Source of the DNA: Spirochaetota bacterium
GTDB lineage: Bacteria > Spirochaetota > UBA4802 > UBA5550
Direction of reading: 5' to 3'
Length of the DNA stretch: 64,000 nucleotides
Assembly: GCA_963664815.2 (NCBI GenBank)
Contig: CAXXHB010000003.1
Location: 288,001-352,000 of the forward strand
The notes under the pieces were generated by a model. That model was not told the DNA's origin. It ran no database searches and worked only from the letters and a program-made list of their open reading frames with translations. This document shows positions 10,253-20,239 of the stretch, one piece after another. The position numbers and the translations under genes were made by a program. How positions within the stretch are numbered: the stretch's first letter is position 1; the number at the start of each line of letters is the position of its first letter.

Positions 10253-10373
10253 TCTGAAGTTATTTATGGCATATACGGATTCTGTTTATTCCACCGACAT
10301 CTATATTCAATGATGTTAAATTTTTTATTGAGGGCTTTTATTGTAATCTGTACAATGCACCATGAGAGGGTTG

Positions 10374-10790
10374 ATGGATAATTGTAAATCGGATTCACTT
10401 CTTTGTGATAAAAAAATAAAGGTAACCAAACAGAGGATAACCATTCTTGATCTTATTATTTCAAAGGATTCATCATTCTGCGCGAATAACCTTTTTGACG
10501 AACTGAGCGGGAGCATTGATCTTGTTACAATTTATCGTAACCTTCAGCTTTTTTGTGCTGCAGGAATTCTAAGGGAAGTTGTAAATAAATGCGACAGACA
10601 ATATTTTGAAATTTCATGCGAACATAATCCGGCTCATCCTCATTTTTACTGTAATTTATGCAGAAAAATTTTCTGCATGAAATCAAAGAATAGTTCTGAC
10701 TATAAAGCAAAGAAAAATATTAAGGATAATTTTATCATTCAGGAAATGGTTATCCACTATAGCGGAATATGTCCCGCATGTCGTGCATAA
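10374..10790 (+). CDS. Fur-family transcriptional repressor (probably Zur)
   Basis: KVTKQRITIL, DLVTIYRNL, HPHFYCNLC and GICPAC motifs; heads the metal ABC operon. Confidence 0.88.
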   Translation: MDNCKSDSLLCDKKIKVTKQRITILDLIISKDSSFCANNLFDELSGSIDLVTIYRNLQLFCAAGILREVVNKCDRQYFEISCEHNPAHPHFYCNLCRKIFCMKSKNSSDYKAKKNIKDNFIIQEMVIHYSGICPACRA

Positions 10791-10873
10791 CCGGAAGATA
10801 TTTGTATTTTAACCCGGTATGATATTTCAACCATTTGTTATTATTGTTTTGCCGGTATAAAAGGAGTCAGCTG

Positions 10874-11764
10874 ATGAAAAGAGTTAATCTTGTTGTTCTG
10901 CTTGTTGTTTTTCTTGTAGAATTTACAGGATGTAAAAAAGAGGAACCGGTAATAGCTGTGGATGAATTTCTGATCGTTGCTTCATTTTACCCTGTGTACA
11001 TCGTGGCTTTGAATGTGGCGCATGGGATTGAAGGGGTGAAGGTTGTCAACATGACACCACCCGTTACAGGATGCCTTCATGATTATACAATTAATTCAGC
11101 AGATATGCAGAATCTTGAGAAGGCGGACATCTTCCTGGTAAATGGCGCAGGGATGGAGTCTTTCATGGAAAAGATTGCCGGAAAATATCCTGCGTTAAAG
11201 ACTTTTGAGCTGGCACGGGGTATACCGTTAATTAAAGAGGGTGAAAACGTAAATCCGCATGTATGGGTAAGTATAAGTAATGAGATAATTATGACACAAA
11301 ATTGCGTGAATGCACTATCTGAAGCTGATAAAAAAAATGCGAATGCTTATAATAAAAACGCGGCAAATTATATCAAAGAACTTAATGATCTTAAAACGGA
11401 GATGAAAGAATCGCTGAATAAATTTAAAGGGAGAAAAATTGTTACTTTTCACGAGGCTTTCCCCTATTTTGCGAAAGAACACAATCTCCTGATAGCCGCT
11501 GTAATACAACGGGAACCGGGGAGTGAGCCGTCCGCAAAGGAGCTTGCTGATACGATTAATCTTGTACGTAAAGTTAAGATTAAGACTCTTTTTGCTGAAC
11601 CTCAATACCCTTCTTCATCTGCTGATATAATTGCTCAAGAAACAGGGGCAAAGGTCTATCTGCTTGATCCAGCTGTAACTGGTGATGATGATAAAGGCGC
11701 TTATATAAAAATTATGAGACAGAATCTTTTTGTACTGGTGAACGCTTTAAATGAAAAACAGTAA
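10874..11764 (+). CDS. znuA: Zn/Mn ABC transporter substrate-binding lipoprotein
   Basis: Lipobox FTGC; GCLHDY, NPHVWVS and TFHEAFPYFA motifs. Confidence 0.88.
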   Translation: MKRVNLVVLLVVFLVEFTGCKKEEPVIAVDEFLIVASFYPVYIVALNVAHGIEGVKVVNMTPPVTGCLHDYTINSADMQNLEKADIFLVNGAGMESFMEKIAGKYPALKTFELARGIPLIKEGENVNPHVWVSISNEIIMTQNCVNALSEADKKNANAYNKNAANYIKELNDLKTEMKESLNKFKGRKIVTFHEAFPYFAKEHNLLIAAVIQREPGSEPSAKELADTINLVRKVKIKTLFAEPQYPSSSADIIAQETGAKVYLLDPAVTGDDDKGAYIKIMRQNLFVLVNALNEKQ

Positions 11765-12557
11765 TAAACATAAATGCAGCATAGGCGAATCCTGTGATCA
11801 GTGCTGTACCTATATTGAAGCTCTGTCGGTCTGTTATAACGGAGTAAAAGCTGTCGAAAATATAGATTTCAGATTTTCCTGCGGGGAGATAACAGCAATA
11901 ATAGGCCCAAATGGCGGAGGAAAGAGCTCAATTCTGCGGGCGATACTCGGGGAAGTGGAGTTTGAAGGGAGTATAGGGTTCTGCTCAACCTCAGGAAATG
12001 GTAAAAAACCGAGAATAGGGTATGTTCCCCAGAAGGTTTCAATCCAGCCGGATTCCCCGATAAGTGTACTTGATCTTTTGCTCTTATCTCAGGGGTATCT
12101 TTTAGCATGGATGCATGTATCAAAGAAAAAGAAAAAAGAGATGATTGATCTTCTATCTATTGCCTCGGCTGAAAATCTTGCTTCCCGCAGGGTAGGTGAG
12201 CTGTCGGGCGGCGAGCTCCAGAGAGTTCTTCTTGCCTGTTCACTTAATCCTCTTCCCGACCTTCTCCTTCTTGATGAACCGGTATCTGCCGTTGACGTGA
12301 GAGGTATGGAATCCTTTTATGAAACAATATGCAACCTGAGAAAAGCATACCATATGTCGATTGTACTTGTTACTCATGACATCGGGGCAATAGTTCCTCA
12401 TGCGGATAAAATGATTCTTGTAAATAAAAGTATACTCACCATGGGCGATCCTGCACAGGTGTTGAAACATCCTGAATTCAGGAAACAGATGGGGAGTGTT
12501 TATCCCGTTTTTATGGATGTTCACAGAGAAAGGCATACCGGTGGTGTCAGGATATGA
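11751..12557 (+). CDS. znuC: Zn/Mn ABC transporter ATPase
   Basis: GPNGGGKS, GYVPQ, LSGGELQR and LLLLDEP motifs. Confidence 0.9.
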   Translation: MKNSNKHKCSIGESCDQCCTYIEALSVCYNGVKAVENIDFRFSCGEITAIIGPNGGGKSSILRAILGEVEFEGSIGFCSTSGNGKKPRIGYVPQKVSIQPDSPISVLDLLLLSQGYLLAWMHVSKKKKKEMIDLLSIASAENLASRRVGELSGGELQRVLLACSLNPLPDLLLLDEPVSAVDVRGMESFYETICNLRKAYHMSIVLVTHDIGAIVPHADKMILVNKSILTMGDPAQVLKHPEFRKQMGSVYPVFMDVHRERHTGGVRI

Positions 12558-13408
12558 TGGATTTTTGGTATAGATCCATTGAACTCCTCCCGTTTTCATG
12601 GGTTAGTTTTGAATTTATGAAAAATGCCCTTCTGGCTGTAATAATTGTCACTCCATGTTTCGGGTTAGTAGGTACAATGGTTGTGGGTAACCGGATGGCT
12701 TTTTTTTCTGATGTAATAGGGCATTCGGCTCTTACCGGAATTGCGATAGGGGTAGTGATGGGATTTACCGATGTTCGCCCGGTGATGATTGTATTTGCGG
12801 TAGTTCTCTCAGTGGCAATAAATATCATCCTTGAAAAATCAAAAGCCACCACCGATACTGTCATAGGTGTTTTCTCTGCTTCTACGGTGGCGCTTGGTGT
12901 TGCCCTTCTCAGCAGTGGAGGTTCATTTAACAGGTATTCTGTATTTCTCATTGGTGATATTCTCTCAGTTACAAAAATGGAAATATTTTATCTTGTTCTT
13001 CTGTTTGCAGCGGTGGCAGTATTCTGGATTTTTTTCGGAAGCTATCTCGCGCTTATCAGCGCGGAACCATCACTGGCATATGGCAGGATTGTTTCGCCGT
13101 TTGTTGTTAGAACGCTGTTTTCAGTCCTTGTGGCACTTGTAGTTATTCTTTCAATAAGATGGGTGGGATTACTGATCATAAACTCACTTTTTATTCTTCC
13201 CGCAGCATCCGCCCGGATGGTATCTGATTCTCTGAGAGACTACTATTCAAGGTCTGTACTGATAAGTCTAGTATCAGGTATAGCGGGTCTTATAATATCA
13301 TTTTATACAGGGAGTGCATGCGGGGCATCAATTGTTCTTTGTTCAGCCGGCATATATATTTTGTTTGTTGTATTTAAGCCGCTTTTTCAGAGGTTTACCC
13401 GGGAATGA
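12554..13408 (+). CDS. znuB: Zn/Mn ABC transporter permease
   Basis: RMAFFSDVIGHSALTG, LIGDIL and ILPAASAR motifs; overlaps the znuC stop. Confidence 0.9.
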   Translation: MMDFWYRSIELLPFSWVSFEFMKNALLAVIIVTPCFGLVGTMVVGNRMAFFSDVIGHSALTGIAIGVVMGFTDVRPVMIVFAVVLSVAINIILEKSKATTDTVIGVFSASTVALGVALLSSGGSFNRYSVFLIGDILSVTKMEIFYLVLLFAAVAVFWIFFGSYLALISAEPSLAYGRIVSPFVVRTLFSVLVALVVILSIRWVGLLIINSLFILPAASARMVSDSLRDYYSRSVLISLVSGIAGLIISFYTGSACGASIVLCSAGIYILFVVFKPLFQRFTRE

Positions 13409-13489
13409 GTTTTATAATAAATAAATGTTCATAAATTATTACAGAAAATATTTTTAAGCATTATAACAGAAACCGGAGGGAGTAAAAAC

Positions 13490-15427
13490 ATGCATTGGAG
13501 ACTCAGATATTTTTTTTACAATAAAACAGCCGGAGTCATTAACCTGGTTCTATGGTCGACGGCATTAACCATATATCTGCTGTCGGATAGAGTCAGCGGC
13601 GGTATAGACGGTAGTATTTTTATTACTTATTTATATCTTTTCTTCTCAATTATTATTCTCAATGCATTTATGTTTTATATTTTGCGGTTTCTTTTATCGT
13701 CTTTTAAATACGGTCCTGTAGCTGCATATCTTGCATCGAATGTAATTGTAACGATGATATTCTTAATTAATAACATAACAGTATTGATATACGGAAAACA
13801 ACTCGGATCAGAGGGAGTGGTCATGGCCTGGAGAGGGTGGGTTGGAGGTGAGATGGGTGATTTTACTTCAAGTGTAATAAAAATGTTTCTGTTTGTTAGT
13901 CTTTATGTTCTTTTATTCTATATATTTTACTATTTGCTGAATAAATTATTCTCGGGCAGATCTATGAACTTTAATTCTTCTGTAGCTTCGATCCTGGTAA
14001 TTATTCTTTTTGCCTTTATACTCCATTTCAGACTTGTAGCCGTTGCCGGAACAGAGAATAAAATGAATATGATGAAAAACAAAATTCCATGGCAATCTGT
14101 AACAGGTTTCCCCGAAGATCACGTGAAGGTTGATGAAGACGGGGTTAAAGGTCATGGGATCCCGGCTCTCTTCACATCACCGGAATTTCTTGATGAGAAA
14201 ATGGAAGTTGAACAACTAAAGAAACTCGACATGGTGAAGGATAAAATTATTACACAGAGCATAACAGTAAAAAATCCCATGAACATACTTTTCATGAATA
14301 TTGAAGGATTAAGAAACGATATGCTGAACCCGGTCAATATGCCCTTTCTTTATAAATTCGCATCAGAGAGAGGTTTTATTCTCAGGAAACACTATACCAC
14401 AGGGAATAATACACCGGGGAGCCTTTTTGGTATGCTTACCGGGCTTGCCCCTTATTATTTCGAACCGTTAAGAGGTAACAAATTTTTAAATATTCCACTT
14501 CATGTACTGAAGAGAGCTGGATACACTGAGTCTTTCTATTATAATTCACCAAAGGAATATGAATACATTCACAGAGATATAATTGAGAAGACTGAGGACA
14601 GATTCTGCAGAGCTCCGGGAACCAAGAATGATGATTATGGTCCAAGGGAGAAGATCCTTATAGACAAGTTGATTAACGATCTCAGGAGTGATAATAGCGG
14701 GAAACGTTTTGATTACTATCTTATGAATGTATCTCATTTTAATTATTTTTATCCCGAGAATTGCAGGAAGTTTGTACCTGATTATAATGCGAATTTTACA
14801 ATAATCAGCGGTACACAGGAAAAGTTCAGGAAGGACAGGGTAGAGCTGAAGAACAGGTATATGAACGCTGTTTATTATACAGATCATCTTCTTGAACAGC
14901 TTATAACAGAGATGGACAGGATGGGGAGGCTTAATAATACAATTATAGTTATATCGGGGGATCATGGTGAGGAGTTCTGGGAACATGGAAGCTTTGGTCA
15001 TACATGGGGTCTGAATAATATACAGATTCAGCCGGCGGCGTTCATATTCTATCCCGGTATCAATAAGAACAGTATAAAGTACAGGTACACTTCTCATCAG
15101 GATTTTATGCCTACGGTTTTTGATCTTATCGGGCTTAATATAGACTGGAGAATCTTTATGACGGGAAAATCACTTGTAAATTACAACGCCGATCTTGATT
15201 ATGCGATTTCATCTCTCGGCATTCTCGTAAGCTTTAAAAGAAACGGTTATGCAATAATTGGCAACGGATACAAGGTTCTATATAAAAACAATATGGATCT
15301 CAACAATTCTCCGTATGCGATATATGATGATGATGATAAGCCTGTTGAGGAGTTTGATACTCACAGAATTATTGACCTGCTTATGAAAACGAAGAGTTCC
15401 AAGCGACTTACAGCGCCGAAGTTGTAA
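13490..15427 (+). CDS. Membrane-anchored sulfatase-like hydrolase/transferase (YejM / LTA synthase superfamily)
   Basis: 5 N-terminal TM segments; NIEGLRND, HYTTGNNT, SGDHGEEF..FGH and TSHQDFMPT motifs. Confidence 0.85.
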   Translation: MHWRLRYFFYNKTAGVINLVLWSTALTIYLLSDRVSGGIDGSIFITYLYLFFSIIILNAFMFYILRFLLSSFKYGPVAAYLASNVIVTMIFLINNITVLIYGKQLGSEGVVMAWRGWVGGEMGDFTSSVIKMFLFVSLYVLLFYIFYYLLNKLFSGRSMNFNSSVASILVIILFAFILHFRLVAVAGTENKMNMMKNKIPWQSVTGFPEDHVKVDEDGVKGHGIPALFTSPEFLDEKMEVEQLKKLDMVKDKIITQSITVKNPMNILFMNIEGLRNDMLNPVNMPFLYKFASERGFILRKHYTTGNNTPGSLFGMLTGLAPYYFEPLRGNKFLNIPLHVLKRAGYTESFYYNSPKEYEYIHRDIIEKTEDRFCRAPGTKNDDYGPREKILIDKLINDLRSDNSGKRFDYYLMNVSHFNYFYPENCRKFVPDYNANFTIISGTQEKFRKDRVELKNRYMNAVYYTDHLLEQLITEMDRMGRLNNTIIVISGDHGEEFWEHGSFGHTWGLNNIQIQPAAFIFYPGINKNSIKYRYTSHQDFMPTVFDLIGLNIDWRIFMTGKSLVNYNADLDYAISSLGILVSFKRNGYAIIGNGYKVLYKNNMDLNNSPYAIYDDDDKPVEEFDTHRIIDLLMKTKSSKRLTAPKL

Positions 15428-15472
15428 GGGGGACGGATATTGCATGATCATACAGTTCTGATCCTGTAATAT

Positions 15473-16255
15473 TCAATAGTTAATGGCTTCTATCAGCGAT
15501 TCAGTGATTTTATTATAATCCGGTTCATGGTCAACTTCGCAGAGTTCGTAAGTTATTACAAGCGCTTTGTAGTCCAGTGTGGATTTAATACTCCCCAGTG
15601 ATCCAGGAGTTGGGTAACCGACATCTTCTCCTGTATTTATTCCGGATATTTCAGACATTTTTTTCAGCAGTTTCTCCGGATTATTCTCATCTGAATATAT
15701 TGTGTTGAAAGGCTGGTGCATTTGAATTATAAGTGCAGGCCTGTAAATTTCAATTGAGTTTGCAAGCAATACTGTTTCTGGTTCCGATGCGGGCAGAGGG
15801 CCGGGATTGTTGTATTCCTTGATGAACAGGGGGGACCATGTCCCTGTTGGGAAGTTTCTGTTTAAATCTACTTTATGTCCGTTTGTGCGTCTGCCTTTAA
15901 GAAGGCCGTCGGGATTGAGACAGGGAATGATAACCACACGGTTTTTTATTGATCTCGGATTCTTCTTTAAATATTGTGCAAGCTTCAGTGCCGAGATAAA
16001 ACCTGCAGGCTCATCTCCATGCATTCCACCGATAATCATTGTCATTTTATCCCCGGAGCCGAATTCCCTGTAATAAATCCGGTTTTTCCAGTTTGATTTT
16101 CCCATTACATTCCATTTAATTCCGGACAATGGCATTTCACGGTATAACCTGACAGCTTTGTTTAAAATTCTGTTCTGTTTCTTGTATGAAACAGCATCGG
16201 CTGATGTCAGTGATAATATTATAATCATCAACGATGATACGATTTTTATATTCAT
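15473..16255 (-). CDS. M14 zinc carboxypeptidase, murein peptide amidase A-like
   Basis: GGMHGDEP, NPDG..RTN..VDLNRNFP, SEPET, HQP and GYPTPGSLGS motifs; signal peptide. Confidence 0.85.
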   Translation of the reverse strand: MNIKIVSSLMIIILSLTSADAVSYKKQNRILNKAVRLYREMPLSGIKWNVMGKSNWKNRIYYREFGSGDKMTMIIGGMHGDEPAGFISALKLAQYLKKNPRSIKNRVVIIPCLNPDGLLKGRRTNGHKVDLNRNFPTGTWSPLFIKEYNNPGPLPASEPETVLLANSIEIYRPALIIQMHQPFNTIYSDENNPEKLLKKMSEISGINTGEDVGYPTPGSLGSIKSTLDYKALVITYELCEVDHEPDYNKITESLIEAINY

Positions 16256-16466
16256 ATTTTTTAATCGGTCTGCTGCAAAAAAATAATTTATACTTTTCTG
16301 TTTACAAAGTTATACCTTTGATACAACCTGTTGTATCAAAGGTTCTGGATAATCAGTCATATTATCAGAACAAATACACAAACTGGCTGGATATAGTAGA
16401 TATATTTATTAATAATGTCTATCTATTAATTCTTAAACCTCTTTATAAATGATGAAGGAAATTAAT

Positions 16467-16982
16467 ATGGATGAAATGAAATCAATTAAATTATACAATT
16501 CAATGATTGAAAAGCTTGATCTTCATGAAGCAAAGCTGCTCGGGAAATACGGGGAGCATATTCATTGCGAGAGAGGATGTAACTCCTGCTGTATTCTTGA
16601 AAGCGTTTTCCCTGTTGATGCTTTTGTAATATATAATTATTTCGTATCGGGGAGGATAAACGTTGAATCGTTATCTTTTGATGAAATACCAGGGAGATGT
16701 GTTTTCGTTAAAGATGGCGCCTGTTCGGTTTATTCAGCAAGGCCTGTTATCTGCCGGACTCATGGGTATCCGGTATTTGTAGACGGCAGGGCGGATTTCT
16801 GTCCAGATAATTTCATCAGTTTGAAGACGATAGATTCTGAATATATACTTGATCTTGAAAATCTGAACAAAGCGATTGCAACAATAAATATATTGTTTCA
16901 AAGGGAGATTCATATAGAGTTTTTCTTAAGAGAGAGAGTTCCCCTTGAAGAACTGAAAGATTTCATCGCAAAACTCTCCTGA
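16467..16982 (+). CDS. YkgJ family (CxxCxxCC) cysteine-cluster protein
   Basis: CERGCNSCC, CVFV..CSVYSARPVICRTHG. Confidence 0.88.
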   Translation: MDEMKSIKLYNSMIEKLDLHEAKLLGKYGEHIHCERGCNSCCILESVFPVDAFVIYNYFVSGRINVESLSFDEIPGRCVFVKDGACSVYSARPVICRTHGYPVFVDGRADFCPDNFISLKTIDSEYILDLENLNKAIATINILFQREIHIEFFLRERVPLEELKDFIAKLS

Positions 16983-17127
16983 TATTATCGAAGGATTTAC
17001 AAGAGCTTGATAAATATTATTATTTAAAGATAAAATTATAAAAAAGCTTTAAATCGATTTAATCAAAAATGTTAATAGATAAATATTAAATATTAGTTGA
17101 ATTATTTTTACTGTATTTTATCAGTTA

Positions 17128-17260
17128 GCTCGTAGGGTTTATTCAGGGAACCGGGTGAAAATCCCGGGCTGTCCCGCAACTGTAACCATAGATTTATGGA
17201 AGCCAGATCGCTGAATATGCCAAACAAACCGGTATTACTTTCGCGGAAAGGGAGGTTTGC
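17128..17260 (+). promoter_or_regulatory. Cobalamin riboswitch (compact) with P13 expression hairpin
   Basis: GGGAA-CCGGGTGAAAATCCCGG-GCTGTCCCGCAACTGTAA...AGCCAGA B12-box. ATTCAG/CTGAAT closing stem. L5 CCGC is complementary to GCGG (17243-17246). Lies upstream of a TonB-dependent receptor. Confidence 0.92.
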
Positions 17261-17261
17261 A

Positions 17262-17303
17262 ATGGAAATGTTTATCATCCTGCATATCAGATTCTACTAT
17301 TAA
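17262..17303 (+). CDS. Putative 13-aa leader peptide MEMFIILHIRFYY
   Basis: GGAGG (17251-17255) 6 nt before the ATG; lies between the riboswitch and btuB. Confidence 0.4.
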   Translation: MEMFIILHIRFYY

Positions 17304-17420
17304 CTTTTCTCCATTATATCACAGATCTTGTCTTTACGGTAAATAAAACATCATACATGATTTTATATGCATTTACCTGTGGAGAAGATTGCAGTAAGGT
17401 TCGAAAAAATAATAAATTGA

Positions 17421-19367
17421 ATGGAGAATATGATGTATAATAAAATATCAGGCATAATGTTTCTGTTATGCACTTTAATTCTTACAGTACAGTCTTTCGG
17501 GGCTGAAACGGATTCCAGCAGTTCCGGTGTTGTTTTTACCAATGATCCAATAATCATTTCTGCTACTAGATATGAGACTTCAGTTTCGAAAGAGGGGAAG
17601 GATATCTCTGTAATTACAGAAGATGATATTAAAAAAAGCGGTAAAAAAAATCTGGCAGATGTACTTGAAACAGTACCGGGATTAACAATAACCAGGGCAG
17701 GATCTGACGGAGGGGTAACCAAGGTTTATATACGTGGTGGGAAAAGCGCCAATGTACTTATAATGATTGATGGTGTAAGAATTTCAGATCCAATAGGCAT
17801 AGAGAAACTTTACGATATTTCGGGGATAATGACTACAAATATTGAGAGAATCGAAATCGTTAAAGGAGCAATGAGTGCAATGTATGGCGCCGAAGCGTCT
17901 GGCGGTATCATCAATATTATTACAAAAAAAGGTACAGGAAGGAAAGTGGTAATTACCGGAGAGGCTGGTTCGAACAAAACGTTTATTGAATCTGTTTCAG
18001 TTAGTGATATAACTGATCAGACTTCAGTAATGTTTGCAACGTCACATAACAGCAGCGAAGGTTATTCAAGTGCGAAGAAAAGTTCTTCAATTTCATCGTA
18101 CGATAATGACAGTTATGAGAATTTAACAGCCTCGGGCAAGATGGAAACAAGGTTTGAAGGGAATGCTTTACTTGATTTTACAATAAATTACACGGATTCA
18201 AAACTGGATTCTGATGACGGTTCGTATCAGGATGACCCGAACCATGTTTATTCCAGTAAGCTTTTCACATCAAGGGGGGAGTTTCGTCACTCGCCTGTAT
18301 CATGGTGGACGTACAAAGGCGGTGTTTCTTATATGTCTTATGTAAGGGAGGATATTGATCCGGCAGATTCAACTGATACGACAGAAAATGATGCATACAC
18401 ATATAATGGGAAAAACATGAATTTTGATCTGATAAATATTTTCAATATTATGGATTTTAATATTTTGTCTGCAGGGGTTGAGCTTCTTAAAGAAAAGGGA
18501 GGAAGCACTTCGGCATATTATAGTACATGGCCGACTGCGGGTTATACAACATCTATCTTTGAAGAGAAAACAGTGAGTACAGAAAGTTTTTTTGTTAATG
18601 ATTCGATTTCACTTGGGAAAATACTTTTTATTAATGCCGGAGCCAGAGGAGATAATCATGGAACATTTGGTATACATTACACATGGGATGCTTCTGCTGC
18701 CGTTGTTATACCTGCTACAGAAACAAAGTTTAAAGCATCATCCGGCACAGGTTTCAGGGCGCCATCTCTTTACGAACTTTATGATTCATACTCCGGAAAT
18801 GCCGCACTTGGGCCGGAGAAGACATTTGTTTATGACGCCGGAGTATATCAGGAACTGTTTGACGGAGCGTTCTCAATAGACTGTACATATTTTGTGCAGG
18901 AATATACTGATATGATTGATTACAATTATTCAACCTGGAAGTATTATAATGCTGAAGGGGAGATAAAAGATCGTGGAGTGGAAGTTACATCCACAGTTAA
19001 AATTGCCGATGTTTTTAAAATAAATTATAGTTATACCTGGCTTGATTATATTGAAACCGGGGGTAGTGTGATTCTGAAAAGACCTGAACATAAACACTCT
19101 GCGTCAGTAAACATGACTCCACTGAAGGGACTTAATGTAACAGTAATATATCTTTACGTTGGTAAAAGATATGATTATCTTACCGCGACATCTGATGTAA
19201 AGCTCGACCCATATCATAAAATTGACATGAATATACGTTATTCAATCAATGAAATGCTGACAATCACAGCGCGTGGAGAGAACCTTGCAGATGCCGTTTA
19301 TGAAGAGACATATGGGTATAACACAAAAAGACGAAGTTTTTATGGCGGGGTTGAAGTGTTGTTGTAA
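17421..19367 (+). CDS. btuB: TonB-dependent receptor, probable cobalamin transporter
   Basis: IIISATR, plug motifs (VYIRGG, IERIEIVKGAMSAMYG), GFRAPSLYELY and C-terminal GENLAD..YGGVEVLL; preceded by a B12 riboswitch. True start may be 17430 or 17433. Confidence 0.88.
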   Translation: MENMMYNKISGIMFLLCTLILTVQSFGAETDSSSSGVVFTNDPIIISATRYETSVSKEGKDISVITEDDIKKSGKKNLADVLETVPGLTITRAGSDGGVTKVYIRGGKSANVLIMIDGVRISDPIGIEKLYDISGIMTTNIERIEIVKGAMSAMYGAEASGGIINIITKKGTGRKVVITGEAGSNKTFIESVSVSDITDQTSVMFATSHNSSEGYSSAKKSSSISSYDNDSYENLTASGKMETRFEGNALLDFTINYTDSKLDSDDGSYQDDPNHVYSSKLFTSRGEFRHSPVSWWTYKGGVSYMSYVREDIDPADSTDTTENDAYTYNGKNMNFDLINIFNIMDFNILSAGVELLKEKGGSTSAYYSTWPTAGYTTSIFEEKTVSTESFFVNDSISLGKILFINAGARGDNHGTFGIHYTWDASAAVVIPATETKFKASSGTGFRAPSLYELYDSYSGNAALGPEKTFVYDAGVYQELFDGAFSIDCTYFVQEYTDMIDYNYSTWKYYNAEGEIKDRGVEVTSTVKIADVFKINYSYTWLDYIETGGSVILKRPEHKHSASVNMTPLKGLNVTVIYLYVGKRYDYLTATSDVKLDPYHKIDMNIRYSINEMLTITARGENLADAVYEETYGYNTKRRSFYGGVEVLL

Positions 19368-19374
19368 CGGGCGT

Positions 19375-19394
19375 GGCGGGTTGTAAAACCCGCC
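19375..19394. terminator. Hairpin after btuB
   Basis: GGCGGGTT-GTAA-AACCCGCC. Confidence 0.65.
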
Positions 19395-19415
19395 TTAATC
19401 TGATTATAATTATCT

Positions 19416-19853
19416 TTATTGTTCCGGTTTTTCTTCCAGTTCATCGTATTCAGGCATAGGCCTGTATATTGCCGACGCTGTAATTCCTGCTATTATAAAT
19501 TCAACAAGACCATATCCGAACCATTGAAGAACAAGAGACAACGGCAGGGGATAAACAGAATACTGGTAGAAAACGCCAATACCATTTGTCATAAGGCAGA
19601 TGATGATACCGAATCTTACCCCTTCCATCAGTCCTCTCTCTTCATATCCTTTAATAAAAACAAACATCATGAGAAATGAAAAAATAAAGCTGCTGAGATA
19701 CATTATCCACATAAGTGACATCATGTCCGGTCTCCAGATATTTGTCATTGACATGTAGACATTCACAAGGATCAAGTTGTGTATAATAAAATCTAAAATC
19801 TGGAAAATGACAAATATTGCAAATCCTCCGGCAAGGAATCGTTTAACATTCAT
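19416..19853 (-). CDS. Hypothetical 4-TM membrane protein (DUF1761-like)
   Basis: SD AGGAGG before MNVKRF; four hydrophobic segments; GLMEGVRFG. Confidence 0.75.
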   Translation of the reverse strand: MNVKRFLAGGFAIFVIFQILDFIIHNLILVNVYMSMTNIWRPDMMSLMWIMYLSSFIFSFLMMFVFIKGYEERGLMEGVRFGIIICLMTNGIGVFYQYSVYPLPLSLVLQWFGYGLVEFIIAGITASAIYRPMPEYDELEEKPEQ

Positions 19854-20239
19854 TGTATACCTCCTGTTTTTTGATATGTAACAAGTGTAAAGCATAATAG
19901 TTACAAGTAAATCTCATATATTTAATGTAGTATATTGCGACTAGAAAGCAAATATTTCTTTGATAGTTGCACTGTGGGTAAAACCTGATATATGCATATA
20001 AGACTCATTTTTCCCATAGGAATTATCTATGTAAAAAATGTTAAGAACGAAAGGTTTATCTGGCTGATGAAAAATAATATCCTACCTTCATTGATTAACA
20101 ATTCAGTGTATGTAATTTGCTTTTAAACAGATATATCGTTGTTATTTACCTGCACTTCTTATTGACTCTGATATTAAAACCTTTATATTAATATATGATA
20201 ATTGATGATTAAAAGGAATTATTTATTCTGGACGTTCAG

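Noticed and set aside
19703-19711. DnaA box TTATCCACA
   Set aside because: Single copy inside a CDS; no oriC-like cluster.
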